This document shows positions 25,301-37,299 of a stretch of 64,000 bases of DNA, piece after piece. Position numbers and translations under genes: made by a program. The stretch comes from Psammoneis japonica (taxonomy: Eukaryota), in assembly GCA_008632985.1 (NCBI GenBank), contig QPGO01000023.1, positions 741,681-805,680 of the forward strand. Direction: 5' to 3'. Each line of letters opens with the position of its first letter. The first letter of the stretch is position 1. The notes below the pieces were generated by a model, which did no database searches, was not told where the DNA came from, and saw only the letters and a program-made list of their open reading frames with translations.

Positions 25301-27333
25301 AGAATGATGCAGATCATGGCAAAAATGGGAAAGGAAAAAAAGAAAATTGTGAAGTCTGCTGCTGAGTGGATGTCAGCTCCCAAAAAGCAATGTTGGAAGA
25401 TTTTATGAATGTGTGCTTCATTTGAAGATTGTTGGCTGCAGCATTCACAGATGTTCTTGCATGTGTCAACAAGAGCAGAAACTTTGGCTCCAGCAAATTT
25501 TTTGATGACTTCTGTGGTGGTGGTGCTGTCAGCAAGAGTGGAAAGGTTGAGAGCATCAAACCCCATCTCCAAAGGGTTGCAAAGTTGCTGGGTTCTGTGA
25601 TGAAGCAAGTTGCACCCGCTGGAGTCTTTGGTTGAAAATTGTTGTTGTCTTGAAGATCATGAGAAAAATGTGCATGACTGCATTGTGCTCCATCATGGAT
25701 GGATGCAGACGATGTGTCAGGTGTTGTTGAACAGGCCACCCAAGTTCAACAAGTGTGTGTGGCACCAGACACATGCAAGTGGAGACTGGCACAATTTGAA
25801 AGACTTGGTTGTGACTCTGCTTTGTGAAGAGAAGGCCAGCAATGCTCCGGCAAACTTTTGGTGGTGGAATGAGAAGGGGCAAAGGATTCATCATGGGTGA
25901 GAACATTGAATCCATTCAAAGTTGGCCGCTTGGTGCAGAAAGTCATGAAGGCTGGACATTGACTTTTTGTGCAGCTGCAACCACATGCATTGGTTGGGTG
26001 CACATGGCAAATTTCCTTTGTGGTGACACTTTGGAAGTGTCTGCCACTGGCAGCACACCCATTGTGGTTTTTGGGCACAACAATCTTTGGAACGGGCACC
26101 CCAGAGGGGGGACCCCCTGCCACTCCAAAGCCCACTTGGAGTTCAGCATCTGTGGCACACATCTTAGCACAGCCTGCAACACAGCCAGTTTGTGATGACA
26201 ACAACAACAGCTGCACACCAAATTTGCATGAATTGCAGTGCAAGGCATGGCTGGACTTCTGACTTCTTTGTGGCAAAGGGGGGTGACTTCTCAGTGCTGG
26301 AATCAAGGTTGATTGTTTCTGGAGCACAGCCTCTTGCAACTTTGGGGTGTGGTGTTTCAAAGAAATGATTGGCCACCTTGAGGTCTTCTTTGGCCTGCTT
26401 TGGACCTGCGCTTGTGCAACTTTTTTGAATGATTTGAGCCAACAGAGATGGCATGATGGAATCACCAATCGACCTCAACTTGCAAGAGTCACCAGCTTGA
26501 AGTCAACCTGCGTGGCATGCAGTGTTTTCTTGCTCTTGTTTTTGTCATGGATTTCTCTTGCTTTCAAACCCATTGGAGGTGCTGTTCATTGAGAACATTT
26601 GCAATTGTTGAGCACATGGCTTTCCTCATTTGAGAACCAGTGTGGTCAACCCAATGCAGCGTGAGTTGTTTGGGCATCAATTTTCCTTGTTTGTTTGGCT
26701 TGTTTTTGGGGACAGGTTTGTTGTTGAAATCCTTGTAGAAGCAGTTGTGACAAATCCCATTTTGTGACAAACCTTCCTTTTCTGCTGACAACCATTGCTT
26801 CGAATGGCTCAGTGCAACAATCAGCTCCGCTGGATGTTTCCATGAAGCATGCCTTGACACCTGGAAAGAAGCACAGCAGGAGGATCAAAAGGGGGCCACC
26901 TCAGAAAACACTCTATTTGGAAGGTGCCAACGGCAAGTTGGCAGCAATTGTCGTGAGTTGTCCTTTTGGCCCTGTTGGCTTTGTTGGGTGGGTGCTTGGC
27001 GGGTGGTGGCTCTGCAGTGGGTGCATGTTTGCATTGTGTGGTTTCATCCCATTTGGCATTGACTTTGGAAAAATGGGACCAGCAGATCAACCATTTGGCT
27101 CAGAGAATCAACCATCATCCAATTTTTTGCACTCAAATGGTTTCTTGTTGCAGCTGCACAAAAATGATTTCTCTTGCTGCATCTCCATGAAGAGGGTGAT
27201 GGAAAAAATTGGCTCTGTGAATTTAAACAGGTGCATTGCTGGGGTGAACCAAGGGCATTTCTTTGCACATTTGAACATGGGCTTGCATGTTGGAGACCGG
27301 CAAAGAGGTGATTTCTGATGTGTTGTGTTCTCN

Positions 27334-27390
<57 letters not shown>

Positions 27391-29320
27391 NGCATTGCTG
27401 GGGCAAGCCAAGGGTGTCTCACACATGATGTGGGTTTGCATGTTGGAGGCTGGCAAAGGTGAGTTTTGATGCATTCTGTGTGTGCCCCCATGTGCTCTGT
27501 TGCAGCCAAGGAAATGCTCTGTTTAAAAGCACACTTGCATTTGTTGTTCAAAGTGAGCAACTCCACAGTCAAAAAATCCAATCTTCTGGTGTGCACAGTG
27601 AATCCACTGAGCCTGAGCTTCCTTGACTTTGCCATGTTCTGTTTCATTGTCCACACCACAAGCTTCTTTTCTTTTCTCAAATTGCAGTTGTTTCAGCAAC
27701 TAAATTGTGAGAACACTGATCACACCATTTTTGGATGACATGGTTTGTTGCAGGAGAGTGACAAAGTTTTCTTCTTTGTCTTTTGGTTTGGCGCAAATGT
27801 CTCTTTTTCTCATTGAGAAGTGACAAGGATGAAAACATTCCATGCTTTCATTGGCTGACATTTTGAACCTTCAAGCGACACATCCAATGAGCACATTGAT
27901 GGACCACATGTGGTTTCACCCATGTCATTCTGCTGAAGTGACCAGTTTTTAGATTTTGTCAGGCTTGTCATGACAAAGTGGCATGGAGCCAAACTTCTCT
28001 TTTCATGTGCAAGTTGTTCGCGGCATTGGAGATTTGTGTGCACCACACCTGTTGCACTGCTTTTTGTTGATCCAGTGATTCAACAACATTGTTGCAAGTT
28101 TTGTTGTGTTTGCAGGAACAGTGGTTGAGTTGTTTTCTCACAACTTGTTGTTGCCATGGATCCATGGCTTGACACTGGTGTTGGAGAAGCAGCTGACACC
28201 AACACCAACATGTGCGCTGGCACAATGCCGACACCAGAGTTGTTGAAGTGACAGACTGCACATGGAGCCTTTGCAAAGAGAGCTGGAGCTCAAAAGTGTG
28301 GTTGCTGTGGCTCTGGTGCTCAACATCAAACATCCCATGGAAAGAAAGCAGCAGGAACAGCACTCCAAAATGGGGGCAACTTTGTTCAGCCAGAGATGTT
28401 GACAAATGCAAAGCATCAGAAGTTGGCTTTGGCTGCTCCTTCTGCTGCAACCACACTCTCCTTTTTGCAGATTTGGCAAATCCAGGATTTGCTTTCAGCA
28501 TGGCCATGCAAACCCAAACAGAAAGCTGCCAATTTGTGTCATTGATGCACCAGAGTTGGGTTGATGTTTTTAATCCCCAAGCCGCTGAAAGCAGAGTTCC
28601 GACCAACCCAAAGATGGGGCACAGTCAACGTTGAAGCTGACCACAAGTTGATGCCAGCAAAGAATTGGAGCTTGCAGTGCAAGACATTGAGTCTTGCTTC
28701 CTTTCTCACACAACTGTGTGAGGACTTCTTTGACGAAGTTGTTTTGCACACATGGCAAAACCATCAACACAACACAGGCAAGTTTGAGATTGACATTGAA
28801 AGGGTTTGTTGCACTGGTTTGTTCTGCAACAGGTCCAAAATTGGAAGCAAGGCTGCAAGCTGCCTGAGTGAACACAAGATGAAGGCATCTGCTTGTGCTC
28901 CAATTTTTTTGCCATGGAGCCAGATGACGTTCCCAAACATCTTTGCAAAGAAGGCTTTGCTGGCATGGAAACATGATTGTTTTTTGCACTGCCAATCACT
29001 TGTTCAGCAGCTTGTTGCTGCACTGTGATTTCTCCTGTTCTGACATGATGCAAATCATCATTTGGACAACACAATTTTCTGGAGTCTGCAACTTTCGATG
29101 CAAGCTGAGCAGCTTCAAACGACGGCAATTTTCTTCTTTCCTGTCTTTTTTGGTCTTTTTGCACAATTTCTTTTGTTGCTTTCCACTGACTCTCAAAGTC
29201 AAACAATTTGTTTTGGTTGCCACCAAGCAGGCTCCATGAAACTTGAGCATGTCCATGTGGCAGCTGACATTGTCATTTGCAAGAGACATGTTGACAATCA
29301 AATCAAACTTGTTTACAGCA
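22330..29320. mobile_element. TpA- and CpG-depleted block A: decayed repeat/TE-derived DNA of unassigned family
   Basis: TA nearly absent over 7 kb, CG rare, TG/CA in excess; fragmented protein-like frames on + (~22900-26590) and - (~27400-29300); ORFs nearly Tyr-free. Confidence 0.6.
27334..27390. repeat. (TG)n microsatellite flanked by single Ns
   Basis: 57 bp of perfect TG; N at 27333 and 27391. Confidence 0.95.
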
Positions 29321-29612
29321 CAAGCTCCCATTTCATTTCCACGTTGTCCTCAAGAAAGACATCATGCTAAAAATGTGTGGGATTGTCCCACCCGGGCAAA
29401 TTAGTTCCCCTTTTCTTTTATTAATTAAAGAAAATGACCAGTCATTTGTCTCAATAATTGTTATTTTGTCGTAACTGTCTCAACGGATGTGACTCAACCC
29501 AAGCAAGGATGGCACACCCTCGAACTCTCACCAAACGTGAGCAAGTGTGGGTTCGCGGCTGAACGCACACTGCGAATACAGCGTACAATAAAAAAGCAAA
29601 AACACAAAAAAC

Positions 29613-32351
29613 ATGATGAACAGGGACTCTGACGACGGAAAGGATATTGGTGGCAGCCGTGACAGCACTGAAAGAGCTCTTAATAAATCAATTGCAACCG
29701 CAAGCGACATCAAGGCGGAAAAGAGAAAGAATCGTCGTGCTCGTCGCCAAGACGGGCAACATGACGTGACGGGAAAGACGGGAGCGAATGACGAGCACGC
29801 CTCAAACAACGAGTGCACTGCCACGATGAAGGAGAAGACGATGAAGAAGAAACTCCGAGTGAAACAAGGAAATCAAAATCCTGAAAATCAACGCGTCGAT
29901 CCGAGATTTGTCACCAATCGCAGCCATGTGCCAGACACGGAGGAAGCACTAGTGCCACCCACAAAGGCTCGTCCAGTCAGCCGACGCCAAGTACAGTCTA
30001 CTGACAATGCAATCATTTTGAACAGTCACAATGGTCATCAGACTGACAAATTCGTGAGATTTGGAAGACACGATCAAACGTTGAACGAACCAGAACCAGA
30101 GGCGAAAGAGCAAGAAGGGGGGCGAAGCATCGTGCCGAGTAATGAACATCATATCTCGGATGAGCGAAGCAATCTGAATGACAAGAAGAAGAAGAGAAAG
30201 AAGAAAAGCCGCCCCGAAAAGGAGCAAACAGACGAAAGCGACATCATGGAGCACTTCGATCAGGTCGCTGTTACTTCCAATCCAAACCATCATGTGCAAA
30301 GCATGAAGGAGCAACGAGCAAACGACATTCCAAATAAGAAAGACTCGATCGAAGATTACACCCTCAAGAAACGTGAAGCAATAATACAATCAAAAATACA
30401 GCAAGCTATCGACCAACACATCATTTTATTAGTCGAACAGCAAGAAGTGGGTTCCCATGAGAAGGAAGAGATGCCGAGCGTCAGGAATGCAGCAGTGGAA
30501 CCGAAGGGAAAGAAAGGCCGTGTTTTGACAGAGAAGAACAAGAGAAGGAAGCGTCGTTCTTTAATAGAGCGGCGAAGAGAGGAGGTGAATACCGAAGGAC
30601 AAGCTGACCCATTTGAAGTTGTTGTCAGCGACTCAAGAGTCGAACCAGCAAACGTAGACACACCACCACTAGCACCAACCGTTGGGGCCTTTGCGGTTTG
30701 CCAAGGCCAAGCAATAAGACGCACCAATGTGCTTTCCGGAGACACCGAGACTCAATTTTCAGACTTGGGAACCGTCCATTCCAATTTATCACTAATGCAG
30801 CCTGCTTCCCCGCCTCATGACGATGGCACACCAGTGTTGGAGGCGCACCTCGCACAACCGAACGAAGATTTCGAAGCCGAATTGGCTCGTCGACAAGCCG
30901 CACACGGAGAAGAAGTGCATCGGCTTCAGGCAGAGATGCGGAATCTTCGCCAAACCCAGCCGACGGAACTACCGCTCGCACATGCAGAAGTGGCGCAAGG
31001 AATCTACAACAGGAAACGGTTGGTGATTTCTTCTGCAGTATTTTTGTTAGTTGTTGCCGGCGTTGTCGCCACAGCAATAGTTTTAACCCAGCGACCTTCA
31101 GACTCGCCAACTATGGCTCCAACTATGGCTCCAACTATCCGGACACCTTTCATCTTGAATGCGACATGGACGCAGGTTGGGCAGATTATGTCTTCTGAAG
31201 CTACTGATGATTACTTTGGTTTTGCTGTCTCGTTGTCGGGTGATGCAAAAAACATGGCCGTCGGAGCAACTCAAAAAAATGCCGCTGGTGACGGTCGTGG
31301 ATACGTGTTTGTATTTCAATTGGAAGAATCAACTCAATCTTGGACTCGCATGGGACAGGTTTTGGTGGGAGAAGCAAGTTTAGATGTTTTTGGCAGATCT
31401 GTTTGTTTGAATAGTGACGGCACCGTTTTAGCGGTTGGAGCGCTACAGAATTACGATGGCGCATCAAACGCTGGTTATGTTGGAGTCTATGAATACAACT
31501 TAATAGCGGACAGGTGGCTAAAGCTAGGGAGGAACATTAAGGGGGACACAGTTGGCGATGAATTTGGTAATGCTGTTTCATTGTCCGATGCAGGAGACAC
31601 TCTTGCGATAGGATCACGAAGAGGAGACAATATTCACGGGGTCAACTCTGGGTATGTTCGAGTCTTTCGTTACAATCGCAGCAACTCGTCCTGGGCACAA
31701 CTGGGACAGACATTGCAGGGTCAAGGCGCATATGATCTGTACGGCGATTCCGTATCCTTGAGTAGTTCCGGCGAAATTCTTGCCGTTGGTTCACGTTCAA
31801 GTGATATAGGTGGGAAAAATGCTGGCCAAGTCTTTATGTACCAATACAGTTCAACATCTGCATCGTGGACTCAAATGGGGCTACCGATAAATGGGCAAAC
31901 TGGAGGCTTACTTGGAAGTTCTGTTTCTCTTAGCAGCAATGGTTTAGTTGTTGCCACGGGTGCGCCTGGGGTGAATGAAGAGAAGGTTTTAGTCCATGCC
32001 TACGATAGCGAAATGTCAGAATGGGTACAACGTGGTCAAACCTTAGGGACTCAACAGCCAGGCGACGGATTTGGACATTCTGTGTCGTTGAACAAAAAAG
32101 GAGATATGTTGGCTGCAGGAAGTCGTTTTTACACCGTCAATGGATTCGAGAATGCCGGTCGAGTTGTCATGATGAGATATAATACAAGTACACAGGAATG
32201 GGATCAGGTGGGCGAAGGTATGAATGGCGCTGCCGCAGAAGATCGCTTTGGAAAGTCGGTTTCAATTTCTGGAAATGGAACCGTAGCAATTGGTGCATCG
32301 GGGGGTGCTGTCAAAATGGGAACAGCATCTGTTCACAAAATCGAATGGTAG
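29613..32351 (+). CDS. Single-pass membrane protein with C-terminal FG-GAP/integrin-alpha-like beta-propeller
   Basis: 912 aa; charged low-complexity N-terminus with VGAFAV, TM LVISSAVFLLVVAGVVATAIVL, PTMAPT linker, about seven repeats of W.Q.GQ.L.G....D.FG.SVSL....LAVGA. Confidence 0.85.
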   Translation: MMNRDSDDGKDIGGSRDSTERALNKSIATASDIKAEKRKNRRARRQDGQHDVTGKTGANDEHASNNECTATMKEKTMKKKLRVKQGNQNPENQRVDPRFVTNRSHVPDTEEALVPPTKARPVSRRQVQSTDNAIILNSHNGHQTDKFVRFGRHDQTLNEPEPEAKEQEGGRSIVPSNEHHISDERSNLNDKKKKRKKKSRPEKEQTDESDIMEHFDQVAVTSNPNHHVQSMKEQRANDIPNKKDSIEDYTLKKREAIIQSKIQQAIDQHIILLVEQQEVGSHEKEEMPSVRNAAVEPKGKKGRVLTEKNKRRKRRSLIERRREEVNTEGQADPFEVVVSDSRVEPANVDTPPLAPTVGAFAVCQGQAIRRTNVLSGDTETQFSDLGTVHSNLSLMQPASPPHDDGTPVLEAHLAQPNEDFEAELARRQAAHGEEVHRLQAEMRNLRQTQPTELPLAHAEVAQGIYNRKRLVISSAVFLLVVAGVVATAIVLTQRPSDSPTMAPTMAPTIRTPFILNATWTQVGQIMSSEATDDYFGFAVSLSGDAKNMAVGATQKNAAGDGRGYVFVFQLEESTQSWTRMGQVLVGEASLDVFGRSVCLNSDGTVLAVGALQNYDGASNAGYVGVYEYNLIADRWLKLGRNIKGDTVGDEFGNAVSLSDAGDTLAIGSRRGDNIHGVNSGYVRVFRYNRSNSSWAQLGQTLQGQGAYDLYGDSVSLSSSGEILAVGSRSSDIGGKNAGQVFMYQYSSTSASWTQMGLPINGQTGGLLGSSVSLSSNGLVVATGAPGVNEEKVLVHAYDSEMSEWVQRGQTLGTQQPGDGFGHSVSLNKKGDMLAAGSRFYTVNGFENAGRVVMMRYNTSTQEWDQVGEGMNGAAAEDRFGKSVSISGNGTVAIGASGGAVKMGTASVHKIEW

Positions 32352-32709
32352 TTCTCCTTCTAGCTAGCGTGGCAGTCGCTAGAAGAACGCTCTTGTGTCT
32401 CAGATACCCACAGCCTGGACCTTTATCACCATGAATGAGCTGTTATAATTTTGACAATCTTGTTGTGCGCATATTATCGGCAAGAAAAAGCCCACGACTA
32501 GTGCAAGTCACGTTTTCGCTCCACTTCCAGCACCACTGATACGACCGTCCTACCAAACATAATATATGGTACCACGATAATTGTTGGTGAGATGCCCAGG
32601 TCGCTCGATGTGTTGTGGATAGGATATCACAGCAATTCCTTTTTTGTGCGATAAGTCCATTTTAGCTTTATGGTGAAGTACTTGCTGTAGCTTGCCAACT
32701 CCTTTAGCT

Positions 32710-33405
32710 TTATTGTTGAAGAAGTTTGTCCAGCTCGCCACTTTCTGCGAGTGGAATGAGACCAGGTCCGTCATTACAGCCTCCAATGTACCGACCTTTG
32801 ATGAAAATGGAGGGAACAGAGGTTCTTTTGGTACGAGTTCCCAGAACCGCTCGAATTTCGTTGCCCTTGTTTCCTTCAAGCTCATCAAGTTCCATGGATG
32901 TATATGTGATTCCTCGTTCGTTCAGAACATCCTTGGCTCTTCTGCAGAATGGACAGGTTGTAAAGGAAAACATGGCCACTTCATTATCCCCAACAAACGC
33001 TTCAACTTCGGAATTGATTGCTTCTTTGTCATACTCTCCGGCAATCAGGTCGGCAACAAACTGTTTAAACTGATAGCCCAACGTATTGCCAGCAACAATT
33101 TCGGAGAATTTGTTTGCAAAGGAAGATCCTTCACTCCATTCCATTGGTTCACCGACCCTACCCTTTTCGTCCGTAACTGAACTAGCTTCAACACGAGATG
33201 TTTCCAACTTGAACAGCGTTGATGCAATCTGATCCAAAATGGGTCGTTTCATGCCTTCCAGTTGAGTTGTCGTCGTCGTCGTCGTCCTTTGACATGGCGC
33301 ATGACGAAATGTCGTCGCGCTTGCCACGGGAGAAAAAGCCTGGGCAGCGGATAGGAGCATCAGAAGGCAAAGTCCCTCGAAACAGAGACAGTGTAGCACA
33401 CTCAT
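32710..33405 (-). CDS. Glutaredoxin (CPFC), predicted plastid-targeted
   Basis: FSFTTCPFCRRAK, RTSVPSIFI.G.YIGGCND; signal peptide followed by AQAFSP. Confidence 0.92.
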   Translation of the reverse strand: MSVLHCLCFEGLCLLMLLSAAQAFSPVASATTFRHAPCQRTTTTTTTQLEGMKRPILDQIASTLFKLETSRVEASSVTDEKGRVGEPMEWSEGSSFANKFSEIVAGNTLGYQFKQFVADLIAGEYDKEAINSEVEAFVGDNEVAMFSFTTCPFCRRAKDVLNERGITYTSMELDELEGNKGNEIRAVLGTRTKRTSVPSIFIKGRYIGGCNDGPGLIPLAESGELDKLLQQ

Positions 33406-33825
33406 TGAAACAGTCTTTTCAGGTCCAAAATTGTGAAAGCGGTGCAGATAGCGACAGCGTCAACTAACAGTACAGTACCTCGCTCCGGATCATCATCGTG
33501 AGATTTGGGGATCGGAGCATGAGCAAGCAATCTATCCGCCATCAACGTAAAATCCTACGTGTCTGTACTAGTGACGTGTTTTCTTCAACACGACTTACTA
33601 AGACTCCCTCCAACGTCTGTCCTCCTTTACATTTCGCGGGCTTTTTTTTTTTGTGTTTGATTGCGTCTTGCTTCCGACACCGCAAAAGCAACATGACACC
33701 TTCAACCTGCTGGCTGTCCAGCACTTAGCTTTACCTTTCGAACTTCTTTTTTGCCAAACACGCCTTCTTGAACTAATCTGGTGCTGCAGTCATCGTCCAT
33801 CTCTTGTCTTTAAGTCAACCCGATC

Positions 33826-34773
33826 ATGACTTCTAGAACGTTGAACAACGAAGCTCCTGCGGAGGCGAGCAAGCCAACGACAAATGATGGGCAAGAAGAC
33901 GATGATAACGAGACGACCGACACCATTTCAATCACAACCAACGATAACGCAGTTAAGAAGAGTCATCACAATCGAGTACTTGTTATTGGGAGTACCGGAG
34001 CTGGCAAGAGCACATTGATTAACGCCTTGGTGGGCTATGACGCCATGAGTACGAGTTCTGACGCAGCCGGTTGTACCGGTTCGTATGCAACCGTCACGGT
34101 CAATCGCCACGATGTGGAATACGAGTTTATTGATACGGTTGGCGTCAATGAACCCGAAGAGGGGACCGTAAGTCGATCGCAAGCCCTCAAGATGTTTTTT
34201 AAATTCCTCAAGGACAACAAGGAGGGCTTCAATTTAATTATCTTTTGTACCCGGGAAGGACGCATGACTGAAGAAGCCAAGGGCACGTATGAAATTATGG
34301 TTAAGAAATTATACAGTAGCAGCAAAGATGGCAAGGCTCCACCCGTACTCATTTTTGTGGGTGGCATGTTTTTGGATTACGATGAACCCCAGGCGTGGTG
34401 TGAGGCCAATCGATCCACCTTTGTCAAACAGGGATATGTGGAAGCACAGGAAGAACTTGATGCCTTCCATGCCATTTCCTTGCCCAAATCAAAAAACAAA
34501 ACCCTTGAAGCTGTCTTTTGTCAAACACGAGCCGCCAGTACCGAACGAGCCTGGGAAATTATTGAACGCACCATGGCCCCGGCACCCATTGAATTGTACA
34601 AGCACATGAAGGGACTCTTTGCTTTGGTGCACAATTTATGGAATCAAATTGCTAGAAACTTTGGTTGGCCCCTCATGTTGCCCGAGGCCCTGCTCGAAAT
34701 TGCCAAGGCGTGTGGATTCACGTCTAAGGATATTTCCGAATTGACCAATGACGAATCCATGGTGTTCCTGTAA
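33826..34773 (+). CDS. P-loop GTPase (AIG1/MMR_HSR1-like), intronless
   Basis: G1 VLVIGSTGAGKSTLIN, G2 GCT, G3 FIDTVG; no canonical G4. Confidence 0.8.
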   Translation: MTSRTLNNEAPAEASKPTTNDGQEDDDNETTDTISITTNDNAVKKSHHNRVLVIGSTGAGKSTLINALVGYDAMSTSSDAAGCTGSYATVTVNRHDVEYEFIDTVGVNEPEEGTVSRSQALKMFFKFLKDNKEGFNLIIFCTREGRMTEEAKGTYEIMVKKLYSSSKDGKAPPVLIFVGGMFLDYDEPQAWCEANRSTFVKQGYVEAQEELDAFHAISLPKSKNKTLEAVFCQTRAASTERAWEIIERTMAPAPIELYKHMKGLFALVHNLWNQIARNFGWPLMLPEALLEIAKACGFTSKDISELTNDESMVFL

Positions 34774-34899
34774 AAATCTTGTTGTCGATTGGAAGCAGAA
34801 GATCGGTTGCGATGATTGCCGGGGCTTGTCACGAGGGTTTTCTTTTATCAGACTTTGGCAAACAACAGCGATTGTTGTCCTGTTGCAGCTCCGATACTC

Positions 34900-35600
34900 T
34901 ACCGCAGGGGTGCTCTGGTAGTAGGGTTAATACAAATATCATAAAGAGGAAAAGGTCTTATATTATGTCTGTCCCCACGGACCCTATACCGTATGTGGAA
35001 TACCTGATGGATGGAGTGCGAGCTGCTTGAGGGAGGAGAGGACCAATGACGAGTCGACATCGAAGATGTAGGTAGAAAATCCTTGAAAACCAAGCAGTAA
35101 TCCGTGATCGGCAGATCGCCTTGCTTCGGGTAGCTGTCGACCAATCCCGCAGCTTAGTCATGGAAAGCTGGGTGGTTTTCACATAGAATTTGTTTCAATG
35201 CCCTGGGTGGTTTTCACATAGAATTTGTTTCAATGCCTTGTAGCCATTGCTGCAGCATGATGAAACAATGCGACGACACTTGTTGTTCTTAGGGAACATG
35301 TCAAATCGAGACAAAATCTTGTGGATCTCATTGTGGGCTTCCTTGCAATGGACATGTGCATCAGTTGGGGGGGGGGGGGGGGTCCACATTGTTGCCAACT
35401 GAAAATCCCCAATCACTGCCAGGTTTGGGACAAAATGCTGCAACAGATGAACATGGAAACCAGCATCAGAAGCATGGCACAAAAGAAGATTTTGCTTCAC
35501 ACATGGATTCCAGCAGCCAGGGGAGTTGTCATGACAGATGTTTGGTTTCCCAAAAGAGCTTCTTGTGATCCAGCATCAAACTCATGATGAAATGTGTGTC
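34900..35600 (-). mobile_element. Probable copia gag-like relic straddling the edge of the TpA-depleted zone
   Basis: Fragments DMFPKNNK..GYKALKQIL.ENHP and SYPKQGD...DY..VFKDFL resemble recalled diatom retroelement gag-like proteins; broken by stops and a 35-bp duplication. Confidence 0.4.
35168..35237 (+). repeat. Perfect 35-bp tandem duplication
   Basis: ctgggtggttttcacatagaatttgtttcaatgcc x2 (35168-35202 and 35203-35237). Confidence 0.95.
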
Positions 35601-37299
35601 ATTGACAAGAATGAGGTGTGACCAGCACAATTGACATGATGGCACAAGTGACTGCTGTCAAAGGAAGTGAACAAACTTGGAAGGTTCACCTCACAGGAGT
35701 TTACAATCTCACATCATTCGCAGACATCATCACAAAATGTGTCCAAATAAAACAGGTGCTTGGAAACAACAAGAGCAGCAACATTTCCACAATGCCCACT
35801 GGTGGGCACAGCAGGCAGTGTAGCACTTTTCACATGAAGTCGTTCAGTGCTGTGATGAGATTGTCCATGCCAGCCAATGAGCGATTTGCAGTTGTTGACA
35901 ACAGAAGAGGTGTCACACAGGCCTTGTTTGGTTGCATGCAGCACAAGAGAAAACTTGGCTTTCAAAGCACACATGAGTGGCATTGGGCACAATGACCTCT
36001 TTGATGCAGCCAGCTTTGGAGATTTTGTCAACTGCAGTTTGAGGACTCTTGTTGGTCATGCTCACATGAGTCTTGCTGGTGGGGGTCTGCTGGCATTGCC
36101 ACCTTTGGAGCAGCTGGTTTGACAATTGATTCAACCACTTGCTGGGCATCAGAGAAGTTGTCAGCAAAATGTGCAATGCCTTGTTGAACAATGCAATCTT
36201 GGAAAACCTGAGCAAATGATTTCTTGGGCTTGGTGTGACAGCTTTTTGTGCCATCAAAAATTCAGCAAGATCAAAGTTTGAACCCATCCAAACCACACTG
36301 GCTCTTGAAAAACAAAATGCATCTCAGCAAGAGCAGCTGTGGGGCCATTTTCAGGGCTCTTCAGTGCCACAGCATTGCTGTTAAAAAAAGAGTTGGCCAC
36401 ACAAATGCATGCCCTGCGTGCACTGCTCATCAAGAAGAGATTCAGTGTGTGAAGGAGAAAAGAGGTCAAGGGTGCTGGGCTTGATTCCAAAAACTGCAAG
36501 ATCATCTGGCACTTTTCCAGCACAGCTCATGACTCAACCACAGCCAACTGTCATGCACTGGGCTTCTCATTGACAAGCAACTTGACATGCTGACATTTTG
36601 GTTGGTGCTGTTCAACCACAGTGGGAGATTTGCTGTTTGCATCTCATGTGCATTGTTGCACCCACATTTCTCTGATTGTTTTTCCAATTGTGCTGCAACC
36701 ATGGACACACTTGCCCATGCTTGCATTCCACCCAAACATCCATGCACCATGCAGAAAGACTGCTGCAATCTGGGCAATGTGGAGCCACACCAAAGCAGCA
36801 CAATCATCACTCTTTTTACAAACACAGAGGTCTGCATCTCTCTTGAACCTGTGTTGCATGAGTGTTCAAAACAAACAAGCATTCTTCTTGTCCTGTCTGC
36901 TTTGAGCTTCCAGAGTTGTCCAAGACAGCTGGCATTGAATCACAAGTCTGTTTGAACAACAATGGCAAATCAGACATCGGCCACACAACAGTTGGTGGAG
37001 ACACTCCAGAAAACTGGGCATTGATCTGGCATTTTTGCATCAGACCATTGGGGAAAGCAAACCAGTGATGAGGAAGCTCCAGTGTGACATCCAGACATGG
37101 CATCCAATGGCTCTTTTCATGTTGAGGAGTTGACTCAGTTAAAAAGAAAAAAAAGATGGTGTGAGAGAATCTTGACCATCCTTGGGGCAAAATGTCGGGA
37201 GGCAGAATGCCAAAAATCTTGACAATTTTTAACAGGAGATTGCCTCAGACTCTAAAAGACACCAAATGTTGCTTGACAGCATGTTGAGCAAGTGGAGCA

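Noticed and set aside
20975..29400. CCCGGG at both ends as terminal inverted repeats of block A
   Set aside because: The match does not extend beyond about 7 bp and no TSD was found.
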